Positions 37,719 to 48,757 of a DNA stretch of 64,000 bases are shown one piece after another. The stretch is from an uncultured Bartonella sp. (GTDB lineage: Bacteria; Pseudomonadota; Alphaproteobacteria; Rhizobiales; Rhizobiaceae). The notes beneath the pieces were generated by a model. That model did no database searches. It was not told where the DNA came from and was given only the letters and a program-made list of their open reading frames with translations. A program made the translations under genes and the position numbers. The stretch is from NCBI GenBank assembly GCA_946478665.1, contig CAMLCZ010000005.1:74281-138280 (forward strand), in the 5' to 3' direction. Positions within the stretch are counted from its first letter, which is position 1, and each line of letters opens with the position of its first letter.

Positions 37719-37748
37719 CTGTTTGGCCTTGAATTATTGAAATTGACT

Positions 37749-38876
37749 TTACTTTTGCTCTGTCCCATTCGCCGCAATGCGACTTTCAACAGCCTTATCG
37801 ATGCTAGCATTATGCGCTGCAGCAATACTCGACAACTTATCGAACAACTCCCCTTCCATTTTTTTCAGTTCTTGCTCGATCACTTGTCTATTCCGTCTTC
37901 CTTCCTGAGAAATCTTTAGTGTTTCTTCAATGGAATTTAACAAACGGTTTTGCACATTTTTCAAAGTTTCGATATCAACGATCGGGCGCTCCACTTCACG
38001 CGCCGTTGCTATTGATGTTGTTTCAAGCAATTCTGCATTTTTAACAAGCAACTTATTCGTCGTATCCGTTACCTGCTTCTGAAGTTTGGCAGCATTCTGT
38101 TGTCGTTGCAGAGCTATTGCTAGAACAAATTGGTTTTTCCAAACTGGTATTGTCGTTAAAATACCGGTCTGTATTTTCTCTGCCAAAGCCTGATTATTGC
38201 TCTGCACCAAACGCACCTGCGGTGCTGTTTGTAGCGTTATCGTGCGTGATAACTCCAAGTCACTCAACCTTTTTTCAAAACGATCGGTCATATCGTTAAA
38301 ATCGCGAAGCTTTTGCGCAACCATAGGATCACCGCTTTCATCAGCGGCCTTTTTTAATGCTGGAAGTTCGGTACGTCTCACCTCGTCCAATTTTAGTTTT
38401 CCTGCCGCGATATAATTCGTCATATCATGGTGCAGTTGCATATTTTTTGTATAAAATTGGTCAAGCATTTCCACATCACGAATGAGGCTCGACATACAAC
38501 GGTCAAGCTTGTCCGAAATCTGGTTAACTTGGTCAGCAACAGTATCAAACTGCCGAATAAATTGTTTGGCTGTATCAAAAACTTGCCCCACTAGTGGCAA
38601 TTTAGCCAAAATGCCTTTTTTACGTATTAATACGCTGACATCCAGATCACGGACTTTGTCCAGCATATTGGAAAGCAGCTCATATATAGGTGCTGCATCT
38701 TTACCACGAACTTCGCTCAGAAAAGAATCTGCAAAATTTGAAATATCCTGCATCGTATCTGCGCCATATGATACTGCAAGATTCGGATCCGACAAATTGA
38801 TACGTTCAGCGAGTTGGGTAATCTTTTCATTATCACTCGGTGTGACATTCAAATTGGTTACTTGTGTGATACTCAT
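37749..38876 (-). CDS. telA: TelA-family toxic anion resistance protein
   Basis: 375 aa. The N-terminal region (LAVSYGADTMQDISNFADSFLSEVRGKDAAPIYELLSNMLDKVRDLD) and the all-helical remainder match my recollection of TelA/KlaB/YaaN proteins. Confidence 0.75.
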   Translation of the reverse strand: MSITQVTNLNVTPSDNEKITQLAERINLSDPNLAVSYGADTMQDISNFADSFLSEVRGKDAAPIYELLSNMLDKVRDLDVSVLIRKKGILAKLPLVGQVFDTAKQFIRQFDTVADQVNQISDKLDRCMSSLIRDVEMLDQFYTKNMQLHHDMTNYIAAGKLKLDEVRRTELPALKKAADESGDPMVAQKLRDFNDMTDRFEKRLSDLELSRTITLQTAPQVRLVQSNNQALAEKIQTGILTTIPVWKNQFVLAIALQRQQNAAKLQKQVTDTTNKLLVKNAELLETTSIATAREVERPIVDIETLKNVQNRLLNSIEETLKISQEGRRNRQVIEQELKKMEGELFDKLSSIAAAHNASIDKAVESRIAANGTEQK

Positions 38877-39086
38877 GTCTATCCCCTCTCGCTGTGTCCT
38901 TGTTGTTTCTATACCCCAAACAACAAACTATTATAAACCATTAATTTTGCCAATTGCCTGTTCTAAACTATCTATCAAGCTATTATTTTTGCTATTGATA
39001 ATAAAACCTTTGATACCAACCCATTTGTATCTTTTGGTGCTAAATATTCCGCTTCAGATTTATTGTCATCCAGCTTACTTATTTTC

Positions 39087-39247
39087 AGCATTTCGCCTGT
39101 TTGGCGTTTCGGTGGCTTAGCGCTTAGTCGACTTAACGTTTCACCAGTTCCGCATTTCGGTGGTCTCTAGTTTCGGTGACTTTTCGTTTCGACAGCTTCT
39201 GGTTTCTGCAGCTTTTGGTTTCTGCAGCATTTGGTTTCGGCAGCAAC
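39087..39247. repeat. Degenerate 16-bp tandem repeat, about 10 copies
   Basis: The best copies are tggtttctgcagcttt (39200), tggtttctgcagcatt (39216) and tggtttcggcagcaac (39232). Copies become progressively more degenerate upstream. Confidence 0.75.
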
Positions 39248-39435
39248 GTTAAAATAGATCAGGTTAAGAGACTTTACCATTTGCTTTTCTTCAAGCCACT
39301 TAAACCACATCATAATGCATTGATATTGCCTGTTGCTAATATCGCCCACTAATGAGCTATATCAAATAATGTGCAACGTTAAATAGCGGGCGCCATTAAA
39401 AACGTTCTGAAACAATTTTAAAACGGCACCGCATA

Positions 39436-39855
39436 TTTGAAGCCTGTTTTTTCGACAATCATCGAGCAACCAATGTGAATTGCTTTGACGCCTTTAGCAA
39501 TGGCCTTCAATATGTGCGCGTTTTTCATACGCGCGCTTCCCCCACAAATGCCATTGGCATTGAAATTCTGTCACTTCTCCCAAGTGCTAAATCTGTCACT
39601 TTTCCCAAGTATTCAGGATACTATTGATGCGCTCAATTACCTTTGAAGCCTGTTTTTCCAACAGTCATCCGCAACCAATGTGAATAGCTTTCACACCTTT
39701 AGCAATGGCCTTCAATATGTGCGCGTTTTTCATATGCGTGAGCTTCCCCCCACAAAGGCCATTGGCATTGAAATTCTGTCACTTCTCCCAAGTGCTAAAT
39801 CTGTCACTTTTCCCAAGTATTCAGGATGACTATTGATGCGCTTAATTGCCTTTGA
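39436..39855. repeat. Tandem duplication of a 206-209 bp non-coding element (2 copies plus a 14-bp partial third that forms the 3' end of the ProC-like gene)
   Basis: Copy A is 39436-39641 and copy B is 39642-39850, about 90% identical. Each contains the hairpin aatgcc-att-ggcatt and an internal direct repeat ctgtcactt(c/t)tcccaagt x2. Copy A also has TTGACG-N17-CAATAT. Confidence 0.9.
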
Positions 39856-40606
39856 TACGTTTGAATGCTTCATCAAGTCCGCCGGTCAAGGCTTCTTTAC
39901 CACCATGATCGGTAAAATAGAGCGAGACCAGCTCATTTGTGCCTTTCTTGGTGGAATATTCGGCTTCCAAAGCGGTAAAATCTGGCATTATTGCTTTCCG
40001 TGCCACATCGGCCAAATTGCCATACATGGACGCAAGAAACGGTGCCGACTGGCTTTCATCAAGACCGTTTTTCTGTAGCCACTGATTTGCCGTTTCAACG
40101 ATATTAAAATAGACGCCCATGAGAGAGCCGGCCGTCATCATCACTGCAAACTGGTTTTCGTCCTTGACGGCAATTGCGCCACCCATGGCATCAAAAATTT
40201 CCTTTAGTTTCGGATGATTGGGATAAATCGCTGTAACGCTTTTGGCTTCTTCTACAAAGGGAAGCGGTACTGCGCGATAAACTTTTTTGCCAATCCATTT
40301 TTCCAATTGGCTTGCCGTCGCCATGGCAATAACCGAAACAACCATTTCCGTTTTAGAAAAATCGAGTTTCTTCAATTCTTCTTCGGCAATTTCACTTCTT
40401 AAACAAATGAAAACATCGTCGCTCTGATCAATCACATCCTGATTGTCTTTGCCAATTGTCACCTTGTCATAAAGTTTAGCAAGGCGTGCCGCATATTCGG
40501 CATTTCTCGGTGAAACCGTAATCTGTTCAACGGCAAGTTTGCTTTTCATCAAACCTTCCACCATTGACGTAGCAATTGTACCCGTACCGATAAAACCTAT
40601 TTTCAT
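39842..40606 (-). CDS. Pyrroline-5-carboxylate reductase-like NAD(P)-binding oxidoreductase (divergent ProC paralogue)
   Basis: Start at the ATG at 40606 ([16 protein letters not shown], a Rossmann motif). The C-terminal STKKGTNE resembles the P5CR signature. Its ATG overlaps the metH stop (ATGA). Confidence 0.7.
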   Translation of the reverse strand: MKIGFIGTGTIATSMVEGLMKSKLAVEQITVSPRNAEYAARLAKLYDKVTIGKDNQDVIDQSDDVFICLRSEIAEEELKKLDFSKTEMVVSVIAMATASQLEKWIGKKVYRAVPLPFVEEAKSVTAIYPNHPKLKEIFDAMGGAIAVKDENQFAVMMTAGSLMGVYFNIVETANQWLQKNGLDESQSAPFLASMYGNLADVARKAIMPDFTALEAEYSTKKGTNELVSLYFTDHGGKEALTGGLDEAFKRIKGN

Positions 40607-43600
40607 TTTTCTGGCTCCACAGAATAATTTAGAATTGGTCCGAGCCAATGCTCAACTTCACCAATATCCATCGATTTGCGTTCCGCATAATCAGCCACTT
40701 GATCGCGTTCGACCTTGGCAACGCCGAAATAATAACTGTCGGGATGCGAAAAATACAATCCAGCGACCGATGAGCCTGGCCACATAGCGTAACTCTCAGT
40801 AAGTTTAACACCAGTATTTTTCGTTGCATCAAGAAGCTTGAACAATGTGCCTTTTTCAGTATGATCTGGTTGCGCAGGATAGCCGGGTGCTGGGCGTATT
40901 CCGCGATATTTTTCTGCTATCAAATCTTCTTTTGTAGCGTGTTCATCGGCTGCATAACCCCAATAGGATTTGCGCACATATTCATGAAGGCACTCTGCAA
41001 GTGCTTCGGCAAAACGATCGGATAGTGCTTTTACCAAAATAGCCGAATAATCGTCATTGGCGCGTTCAAACCGCTCTGCAATCGCTTGTTCACCAAAGCC
41101 TGCCGTGACAACAAAACCACCAAGATAATCAGGTGTCCCCACTGGTGCTACAAAATCAGCCAATGCTAAATTAGGTTTTCCATCACGTTTTCTAAGCTGT
41201 TGACGCAATGTATAGAATGTATCAAGCTCTGTTTTGCGCGTATCATCGTGATAAAGCCTTATATCGTCGCCAACACGGTTTGCTGGCCAAAATCCAATCA
41301 CCGCTTTCGGATCAAACCATTTTTCATCGATAATTTTCTTGAGCATATTCTGCGCATCACTAAAAAGCTGACGCGCAGTTTCACCCTGTTTTTCATCGTC
41401 CAGAATAGCAGGATAACGTCCGCGCAATTCCCAACTTTGAAAAAATGGTGTCCAATCAATATAGCTTGCCAGTTCCGCCAAATCCCAATGATCCAATATT
41501 TTGGTACCTAAGAAGGACGGTTTTGGTGGCTGATAATTTGTGAAATCAAGCTGCAAGGCATTATCGCGTGCCTCTTTCAAAGAAAGGCGTTTTTTTGCTG
41601 CTTCGCCCTTTTCATGGGCGGCCGCAACTTGAGCATATTCTTCCCGTAATTTGTGAATTGTTTCATCTTTTGTTTCGGTTGACAAAAGGGAAGATACAAC
41701 CCCAACCGCCCTACTGGCATCAAGCACATAAACACTCTGACCGCGGTGATAATGGGGGTGAATTTTTACCGCTGTATGAACACGGCTTGTTGTCGCGCCA
41801 CCGATAAGAAGAGGGATATCAAACCCTTGATTTTCCATCTCGCTTGCAACATTGACCATTTCATCAAGCGAAGGGGTAATGAGACCAGACAAACCGATGG
41901 CATCAGCTTTTTGAGCCCGTGCCGCATCAAGAATTTTTTGTGCCGGCACCATAACGCCAAGATCAATAATTTCATAATTGTTACAGGCAAGAACGACTCC
42001 GACAATATTTTTGCCGATATCATGCACATCGCCCTTCACTGTTGCCAAAACAATCTTTCCTGCAGTTTGGCGGCCTTCACCACCATTTTTGCGTTTTTCC
42101 TCTTCCATATAGGGTAGCAGAACCGCGACAGCTTGTTTCATCACACGTGCAGACTTGACGACTTGCGGCAAAAACATCTTTCCAGAACCAAAAAGATCGC
42201 CCACCACATTCATTCCAGCCATTAATGGCCCTTCAATGACATCCAATGGACGCTTGGCTTTAACACGGGCTTCTTCTGTATCCGCATCAATAAATTCAGT
42301 GATACCGTTTACCAGCGCATGTTCAAGGCGTTTTTCAACCGGCAATTCCCGCCAGCTTAAATCTTTTTCTTTCTGTGGACCGGCTGCCTGTCCGCGATAA
42401 TTTTCTGCTAAAGCCAAAAGACGCTCTGTCGCGCCTTTATCACGATTAAGGATAACATCTTCACAGGCGTCCCGTAATTTGGGTTCTATCGATTCATAAA
42501 TCGCAAGCTGTCCAGCATTAACAATGCCCATATCCATACCGGCAGCAATGGCACGATACAGAAATACCGAGTGCATCGCTTCGCGCACTGGCTCATTGCC
42601 TCGGAAAGAAAATGAAAGATTGGAAACCCCACCCGATATATGGCAATAGGGCAAAGTCTTACGAATTTCCTTTGTTGCCTCAATAAAATCAACGCCATAA
42701 TTGTTATGTTCATCAATACCCGTGGCGACAGCAAAAATATTCGGATCAAAAATAATATCCTGTGGCGGGAAATTTAATTGCTCAGTCAATATTTTATAAG
42801 CACGTTGACAGATGGAAACCTTACGCTCTTTTGTATCAGCTTGGCCATTTTCATCAAATGCCATGACGACAATTGCAGCCCCATAAGCCTGGGCCAGTCG
42901 GGCATGATGAATAAATTTTTCTTCACCTTCTTTGAGCGAAATTGAGTTTACAACCGATTTTCCCTGAACACATTTCAAGCCCGTTTCGATCACTTCCCAT
43001 TTGGAAGAGTCGATCATGATAGGCACACGTGCAATATCGGGTTCTGCTGCAAGCAGATTTAAAAAATCCCGCATGGCTGCTTCTGAATCGATAAGCCCCT
43101 CATCCATATTAATATCAATGATTTGCGCGCCATTTTCTACCTGATTACGCGCAACATCAAGTGCGGCGGTATAATCATTATTGGTAATGAGCTTACGAAA
43201 CTTTGCTGAACCAGTAACATTTGTCCGCTCACCCACATTCACAAAAGGTATGTCATCCGTCAGCGTAAAAGGTTCAAGCCCCGAAAGACGTAATCTTTTC
43301 TCGATTTTTGGCGCCGAACGCGGCTTAAATTCTTTGACAATTTCTGCAATAGCCTGAATATGTTCCGGCGTTGTACCGCAACAACCACCAACGATATTGA
43401 TAAGCCCTTCTCTTGCAAACTGCTCGATCTGGGCAGCCATATAATCTGGCGTCTCGTCATATTCACCAAATGCATTGGGCAACCCTGCGTTAGGATATAC
43501 ACAAATAAGGTGCTCGGTTTTTTCTGCCATTTCCTTTATCAAGGGCAACATTGCCTTGGCACCCAAGGCACAATTAAGCCCAACGGAAAACGGATTGGCG

Positions 43601-44364
43601 TGCGAAATGGAATAAAGAAAAGCGGTTGGCGTTTGCCCAGAAAGGGTTCGCCCCGACATATCGGTAATTGTACCAGATATCATAATTGGCAGTTCAATTT
43701 TCTTTTCAGCAAAAACCTGTTTTGCCGCAAAAATAGCCGCCTTTGCATTCAAAGTATCAAATATCGTTTCGATTAATAGAAGGTCAGCACCACCATCAAT
43801 TAAACCGCGTATCTGATCTGCATAAGCAATGCGCAATTCATCAAATGTAACCGCACGAAAACCGGGGTTATTGACATCTGGCGAAATAGAAGCCGTGCGA
43901 TTTGTTGGTCCAATTGAGCCTGCAACAAAACGCATTTTGCCGTCAATCTTTTCAGCACGTTCAGCAGCGCGCCGTGCTAGTCTTGCACCATCACGATTAA
44001 GCTCATATACCATTTCTTCCATGCCATAATCTGCCTGGGCAATGGTGGTGGAAGAAAAAGTATTGGTTTCAAGAATATCTGCCCCAGCCATAGCATATCG
44101 AAAGTGGATTTCTTCAATTGCATTGGGTTGCGTCAACGTTAAAAGATCATTATTGCCCTGCAAAGCGCAGCTGCAAGATATGAATCTTTCTCCACGAAAA
44201 TGTTTTTCATCAAAATGCAGTTCTTGTATTTGGGTGCCCATAGCACCATCAAGAATTAAGATGCGTTCACGCGCACTTTTTCTTAAACACTCAATACGAT
44301 CTTTTGAAGGTTCAATATTTCCAAATAGACTGCTGGCTGGATGAGACATAGAAAAACCTTTCAT
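40603..44364 (-). CDS. metH: Cobalamin-dependent methionine synthase
   Basis: 1253 aa with a Hcy-binding domain ([13 protein letters not shown]), a pterin-binding domain, the B12-binding motif [11 protein letters not shown] and an AdoMet activation domain. An alternative start is at 44349 (MSHPASS). Confidence 0.95.
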   Translation of the reverse strand: MKGFSMSHPASSLFGNIEPSKDRIECLRKSARERILILDGAMGTQIQELHFDEKHFRGERFISCSCALQGNNDLLTLTQPNAIEEIHFRYAMAGADILETNTFSSTTIAQADYGMEEMVYELNRDGARLARRAAERAEKIDGKMRFVAGSIGPTNRTASISPDVNNPGFRAVTFDELRIAYADQIRGLIDGGADLLLIETIFDTLNAKAAIFAAKQVFAEKKIELPIMISGTITDMSGRTLSGQTPTAFLYSISHANPFSVGLNCALGAKAMLPLIKEMAEKTEHLICVYPNAGLPNAFGEYDETPDYMAAQIEQFAREGLINIVGGCCGTTPEHIQAIAEIVKEFKPRSAPKIEKRLRLSGLEPFTLTDDIPFVNVGERTNVTGSAKFRKLITNNDYTAALDVARNQVENGAQIIDINMDEGLIDSEAAMRDFLNLLAAEPDIARVPIMIDSSKWEVIETGLKCVQGKSVVNSISLKEGEEKFIHHARLAQAYGAAIVVMAFDENGQADTKERKVSICQRAYKILTEQLNFPPQDIIFDPNIFAVATGIDEHNNYGVDFIEATKEIRKTLPYCHISGGVSNLSFSFRGNEPVREAMHSVFLYRAIAAGMDMGIVNAGQLAIYESIEPKLRDACEDVILNRDKGATERLLALAENYRGQAAGPQKEKDLSWRELPVEKRLEHALVNGITEFIDADTEEARVKAKRPLDVIEGPLMAGMNVVGDLFGSGKMFLPQVVKSARVMKQAVAVLLPYMEEEKRKNGGEGRQTAGKIVLATVKGDVHDIGKNIVGVVLACNNYEIIDLGVMVPAQKILDAARAQKADAIGLSGLITPSLDEMVNVASEMENQGFDIPLLIGGATTSRVHTAVKIHPHYHRGQSVYVLDASRAVGVVSSLLSTETKDETIHKLREEYAQVAAAHEKGEAAKKRLSLKEARDNALQLDFTNYQPPKPSFLGTKILDHWDLAELASYIDWTPFFQSWELRGRYPAILDDEKQGETARQLFSDAQNMLKKIIDEKWFDPKAVIGFWPANRVGDDIRLYHDDTRKTELDTFYTLRQQLRKRDGKPNLALADFVAPVGTPDYLGGFVVTAGFGEQAIAERFERANDDYSAILVKALSDRFAEALAECLHEYVRKSYWGYAADEHATKEDLIAEKYRGIRPAPGYPAQPDHTEKGTLFKLLDATKNTGVKLTESYAMWPGSSVAGLYFSHPDSYYFGVAKVERDQVADYAERKSMDIGEVEHWLGPILNYSVEPEK

Positions 44365-44427
44365 ATCAACTGCCTACCCGTTACATAAAGGTTTCTTTAT
44401 GTCAATAAAATCATCTGTGTTTAAAGC

Positions 44428-44453
44428 AAAAAAAACGCCGGAAAACCGGCGTT
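44428..44453 (-). terminator. Rho-independent terminator of the small membrane protein gene
   Basis: aacgccgg-aaaa-ccggcgtt is an 8-bp stem, followed on the minus strand by a T8 run. Confidence 0.7.
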
Positions 44454-44478
44454 GTAAAATAATAATGATAGTAAAAAT

Positions 44479-44730
44479 TTAGCGAACATATATGCCTATA
44501 GAAACAGCAACACAAACTATAGCCAAAATAATCAACCAAAGATAAATTCTTGGCTTATCAAATATGATAGCAAATGAAGAAAACCATCCTAATACTCCCG
44601 CACCAAGAGCAAAAAGAAAGCCCGGTCTGTTCATCGCAACGATATGCACTGCCATTAAACCACCAATAATCAATGCACCAAAAATAATTAAAAGAGCGGT
44701 TGCGAACTTCTCATAATCGTTCATCATCAA
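44479..44730 (-). CDS. Small hydrophobic membrane protein (hypothetical, about 3 TM)
   Basis: 83-aa ORF with three hydrophobic segments and a strong terminator downstream. I recognised no family. Confidence 0.45.
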   Translation of the reverse strand: MMMNDYEKFATALLIIFGALIIGGLMAVHIVAMNRPGFLFALGAGVLGWFSSFAIIFDKPRIYLWLIILAIVCVAVSIGIYVR

Positions 44731-45129
44731 TCCTCATACGACAAGTTGTCTTGTCAATCTGTTTCGTTCTCTTCTATCTCATCATAGAAAAAAAACGAAA
44801 TGTTTTTTCGCATTTTTAACCAATACATTACGATAAACGCATATTGGCTCGTTTTCTCGAATGGTATTGCTATTGGCGATCAAGCTTTCCAACACAGTAA
44901 ATCGGCTATTTTTCATCAAAAAATATAGGATAAGCAAACGACGATGCACGGCTATGTAATGCCAAAGGCATTTCTTAAATAAAATGTTTCTCTTAACTGT
45001 ATTACAGTATCCATTTGCTATTCATGGCAATCACCACTGTTACGCCAATGATGTGTTTATCGCATTTTTTAGCGCTATTCTTAATTGATACGTCTCAAAG
45101 TCAATAGCGCCCAATAGCCAAAAGCAGGC

Positions 45130-45507
45130 TTAGTTCTGATTGCTTGACTGAAAAAAGGCCGGAAAATGCTTTGGCAAATGATAGGGTAAAATTGCTATCA
45201 TATCAAAACGCACATAAAGCTTTCCTCTATCTGGTTGGTTTGCCAACCACAAATCTGCCGCCGCCTCTATGCGTTTTGCACTCAACCGCGTCACAGCGTC
45301 CATGGCTTCAACAAGTGTTGCACGGGCTTTAACCTCCACAATAGCGATACAATTGCCCCTTCTCGCTATGAGATCAATTTCTCCCAGATGGGTTTTATAT
45401 CTGTGCGCCGCTATATGATATCCTTTTAGGCGCAACCACCATGCTGCAATTTTTTCAGCACGAATTCCCCGCCAGAAAGCTTTTATTTTAGCCCGATCAG
45501 AAGCCAT
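45130..45507 (-). CDS. yraN: YraN-family (UPF0102) endonuclease-like protein
   Basis: [36 protein letters not shown]...IVEVKAR is the typical YraN core. It overlaps the rsmI stop, the usual rsmI-yraN pairing. Confidence 0.85.
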   Translation of the reverse strand: MASDRAKIKAFWRGIRAEKIAAWWLRLKGYHIAAHRYKTHLGEIDLIARRGNCIAIVEVKARATLVEAMDAVTRLSAKRIEAAADLWLANQPDRGKLYVRFDMIAILPYHLPKHFPAFFQSSNQN

Positions 45508-46393
45508 CTTTGGTTTTCAAGGCAATAAGCCGTTGAAACAGATCCTGCTTTTTACGCCCTGTGATTTTTGCTGCTTCCGAAGCAGCTTTTGACGCTGGAT
45601 ATTCACCAGCCAATTGTAAAAGCAGTCTGTCGACATCTTCATCAGACATCAGATCTGTATTGGTTATTGCGGGTTCAACCACAATAACGATTTCACCTCT
45701 TATGCGTTCTTGTTGGGCATAGCGATTTGCTAGATCGTCCAATGTCGAAACATCAATGGTTTCAAATTTTTTTGTCAATTCCCGACAAACCGCTGCGCGC
45801 CGTTCGCCACCCAATATGTCAGCCATATCGTTTAGCGTATCAACAACACGGTGTGGCGATTCATAAATAATCAAAGACCCTGATATTGCACGTAAGTCTT
45901 CCAAACGAGCCTTTCTTTGGCTGCTTTTTGTGCTGAGAAATCCTACGAAATAAAAGCTATCGGTTGGTAAACCCGTCGCAATTAATGCCGTTAATGATGC
46001 TGAAGCTCCCGGGATCGGTACAATTTTAATGCCTGCCTCCCGCGCTGCTTCTACCAATTTAAAGCCCGGATCAGAAATAAGCGGCATACCAGCATCAGAA
46101 ACCAGCGCAACAGATTTTCCTGCTTCCAATGCTTCAATAAGGCGGGGACCCGCCTCTTTTACATTATGTTCTTGATAAACAATTGGGCGCTGGTGAATTG
46201 CATAACGATCCAGCAAAATCCGCGTCACCCGTGTGTCTTCACATGCCAATACATCAGCGGCTGCGAGCACTTCCAGTGCCCGCAGTGTTATATCGCCAAG
46301 ATTTCCTATTGGTGTTGCAACCAGATAAAGTGCTGGCTCTAATGCAGCAGCTGTAAATGCGTTGGCACCAATAATGTATTTTCCTTCCGGCAC
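45497..46393 (-). CDS. rsmI: 16S rRNA (cytidine1402-2'-O)-methyltransferase
   Basis: [22 protein letters not shown]...ACEDTR is the tetrapyrrole-methylase-fold RsmI signature. Confidence 0.9.
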   Translation of the reverse strand: MPEGKYIIGANAFTAAALEPALYLVATPIGNLGDITLRALEVLAAADVLACEDTRVTRILLDRYAIHQRPIVYQEHNVKEAGPRLIEALEAGKSVALVSDAGMPLISDPGFKLVEAAREAGIKIVPIPGASASLTALIATGLPTDSFYFVGFLSTKSSQRKARLEDLRAISGSLIIYESPHRVVDTLNDMADILGGERRAAVCRELTKKFETIDVSTLDDLANRYAQQERIRGEIVIVVEPAITNTDLMSDEDVDRLLLQLAGEYPASKAASEAAKITGRKKQDLFQRLIALKTKDGF

Positions 46394-46402
46394 AGAATTT
46401 TC

Positions 46403-47893
46403 CTATAACATTGACCCTGTTTCCGCGAGATTTCTATGCCAGGAAAACGCTTCTTCCAATATATGCGGCGTTTGCCCCTGACGGAGTTTACAAGCACGAT
46501 CAAAATAATCCTGCAATTTATCGCGGTAATCCGGATGCACACAATTCTTGATGATTGTCGCTGCACGCTCACGTGGTGCCAATCCACGCAGATCAGCAAA
46601 CCCCAACTCTGTCACCAGAATGTCAACATCATGTTCTGTATGATCGACATGAGGAACCATCGGAACAACGGATGAAATCTTTCCGTCCTTGGCAATTGAT
46701 TTGGTCACAAAAACAGCAATATGGGCATTACGGGCAAAGTCACCCGATCCACCAATACCATTCATCATATGCGTGCCACCAACATGGGTTGAATTGACAT
46801 TGCCATATATGTCAAATTCCAAAGCAGTATTGATTGCAATAATTCCCAAACGGCGGACAATCTCAGGATGGTTGGATATTTCTTGCGGACGCAAAATCAA
46901 CCGGTCCTTGTATTTTTCAATGTTTGGGAAAACACGGTCAGCACATGCCTGACTTAGGGTAATTGACGACGCAGACGCAAAATCCAGTTTTCCGGCATCA
47001 AACAAATCAAAAGTCGAGTCTTGCAAGACTTCACTATACATCTTCAAATTATGGAATGGGCTATCAACGAATCCCGTCAACACAGCATTTGCAATCGTAC
47101 CAATGCCGGCTTGCAAAGGCCTCAACGACATATCAAGATTGCCTTTCTTGACTTCACCCTTGAAGAACTCTGTCAAATGTCCTGCAATGGCTTGTGTCGC
47201 ATCATCAGCTGGCAAAATCAGCGAAGGGCTATCTTCCAGATCGGTAATAACAATTGCCGCAATTTTTTCTTTGTTAATCTTGATGCTTTGTGAACCAATG
47301 CGCGTGTCACATGCAATCACAGGAATTGGTTGGCGGTTTGGCCGTTCCGTTGGAATATAGACATCATGCAAGCCTTCAAGTGCGGGATTGCAGCTCATAT
47401 TCACTTCAACGATGACCTTATCTGCCTGCATGGCAAAAGTTGCCGAATTACCAATTGACGACGTAGGAATAATGCTACCATCTTCGTTAATAGCCACAGC
47501 TTCAATAATCGCCACATCAACTGGTTTTAATTGGTGGGCACGTAATTGCTCAACCGGATCAGAAAGATGTTCATCAATGAACAAGACTTCACCACGATTG
47601 ATTGCATGGCGCAATGTTGTATCCACCTGAAATGGCATACGGCGTTCAAGCACACCAGCTTCGCATAAAACCTTATCGGTATCGTGCCCCAATGAAGCAC
47701 CCGTCAATAAAGTGATTTTGAACGGGTTGCTTTTTGCACGCTTCGCCATTGCATGAGGAACAAGTTTGGCATCTCCCGCACGGGTAAAACCGCTCATGCC
47801 AATAACCATTCCATCCTTGATGATGCTTGCAGCTTCATCTGCTGAAACTATTTTAGCTCTTAAATCCGCACTGCGGATACGATCCTCATACAT
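46403..47893 (-). CDS. Acetyl-CoA hydrolase/transferase family protein (succinyl-CoA:acetate CoA-transferase-like)
   Basis: 496 aa. The N-terminus (KIVSADEAASIIKDGMVIGMSGFTRAGDAK) and the GGSGDF motif are typical of the AarC/Cat1/ScpC class. Confidence 0.8.
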   Translation of the reverse strand: MYEDRIRSADLRAKIVSADEAASIIKDGMVIGMSGFTRAGDAKLVPHAMAKRAKSNPFKITLLTGASLGHDTDKVLCEAGVLERRMPFQVDTTLRHAINRGEVLFIDEHLSDPVEQLRAHQLKPVDVAIIEAVAINEDGSIIPTSSIGNSATFAMQADKVIVEVNMSCNPALEGLHDVYIPTERPNRQPIPVIACDTRIGSQSIKINKEKIAAIVITDLEDSPSLILPADDATQAIAGHLTEFFKGEVKKGNLDMSLRPLQAGIGTIANAVLTGFVDSPFHNLKMYSEVLQDSTFDLFDAGKLDFASASSITLSQACADRVFPNIEKYKDRLILRPQEISNHPEIVRRLGIIAINTALEFDIYGNVNSTHVGGTHMMNGIGGSGDFARNAHIAVFVTKSIAKDGKISSVVPMVPHVDHTEHDVDILVTELGFADLRGLAPRERAATIIKNCVHPDYRDKLQDYFDRACKLRQGQTPHILEEAFSWHRNLAETGSML

Positions 47894-47943
47894 TTACTTC
47901 TCCCATTTAAACGATATTACATTACATTTTCTAAAAGATTTTA

Positions 47944-48645
47944 TCATGAGCGTGCTTGCTCCATTTCCGATAAAATCGCTTCTGCTGCTCTCAACGGATC
48001 TTCTGCTTTTACAATAGGTCGACCAACAACAAGGTGACTGGCTCCAGCCTCTATGGCATCTTTCGGTGTCATAACGCGTTTCTGGTCACCTTTATCACTT
48101 CCTGCTGGACGGATACCGGGTGTCACAAGTGCCATATCTGGCCCGATAACCTTTCGTAATGCAGACGCTTCCGCTGCCGAAGCAACAATACCTCCCATGT
48201 GACATTCATATGCTTGTGCTGCGCGTTTTAAAACAAGTTTTTCTGGTGAATCATGATAGCCTGCTTCTTTTAGGTCCTCTTCATCCATAGATGTGAGAAC
48301 CGTAACGCCCAATAGACAAAGATCACTTCCCTTTGCAGCCGACACCGCAGCACGCATAGCTTTCGGGTAAGCATGAAGAGTGAGCATATCAACGCCTAAT
48401 TTTACGATATTTTCCACAGCATGCGCCACTGTGTTATCAATATCGAGTAGCTTCATATCCAGAAATACTTTTTTTTGGGAACGGATAAGCTCGCCGGCAA
48501 ATTCCAAACCGCCAGCAAATAATAATTGATAACCAATTTTGTAAAAGTTTACCGTATCCCCTAACTGGTCAACCAATTTTTCTGCTTGACCAATATCAGC
48601 GACATCTAATCCGACGATCAGTCGATCGCGCATAGCACTTGCCAT
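47944..48645 (-). CDS. pyrF: Orotidine-5'-phosphate decarboxylase
   Basis: Start at the ATG at 48645 with a GGAGGA RBS. Motifs [16 protein letters not shown] and IVGRPI. Confidence 0.9.
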   Translation of the reverse strand: MASAMRDRLIVGLDVADIGQAEKLVDQLGDTVNFYKIGYQLLFAGGLEFAGELIRSQKKVFLDMKLLDIDNTVAHAVENIVKLGVDMLTLHAYPKAMRAAVSAAKGSDLCLLGVTVLTSMDEEDLKEAGYHDSPEKLVLKRAAQAYECHMGGIVASAAEASALRKVIGPDMALVTPGIRPAGSDKGDQKRVMTPKDAIEAGASHLVVGRPIVKAEDPLRAAEAILSEMEQARS

Positions 48646-48757
48646 AAATGTTCCTCCATTTCGCACAGTGGATCCGCAAAATGACAAACATAACAGAAAT
48701 CCCCATTATGTTTGCTGCGCTAATGTGAAACAGATTTTAGAGCGATTCAAGTATAAA

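Noticed and set aside
38482-39120. 212-aa plus-strand ORF
   Set aside because: Its first half is antisense to telA and its second half runs through AT-rich intergenic DNA and the 16-bp repeat array. The product is Ser/Leu/Ile-rich and not protein-like.
39167-39349. 60-aa minus-strand ORF upstream of telA
   Set aside because: Its C-terminal half is the translated 16-bp tandem repeat. There is no RBS and no recognisable family.
39087-39855. Tandem repeat arrays as possible CRISPR arrays (also 56663-56854)
   Set aside because: The units are contiguous with no unique spacers, the periods (16, 24, 206 bp) do not fit repeat-spacer architecture, and no cas genes are present.
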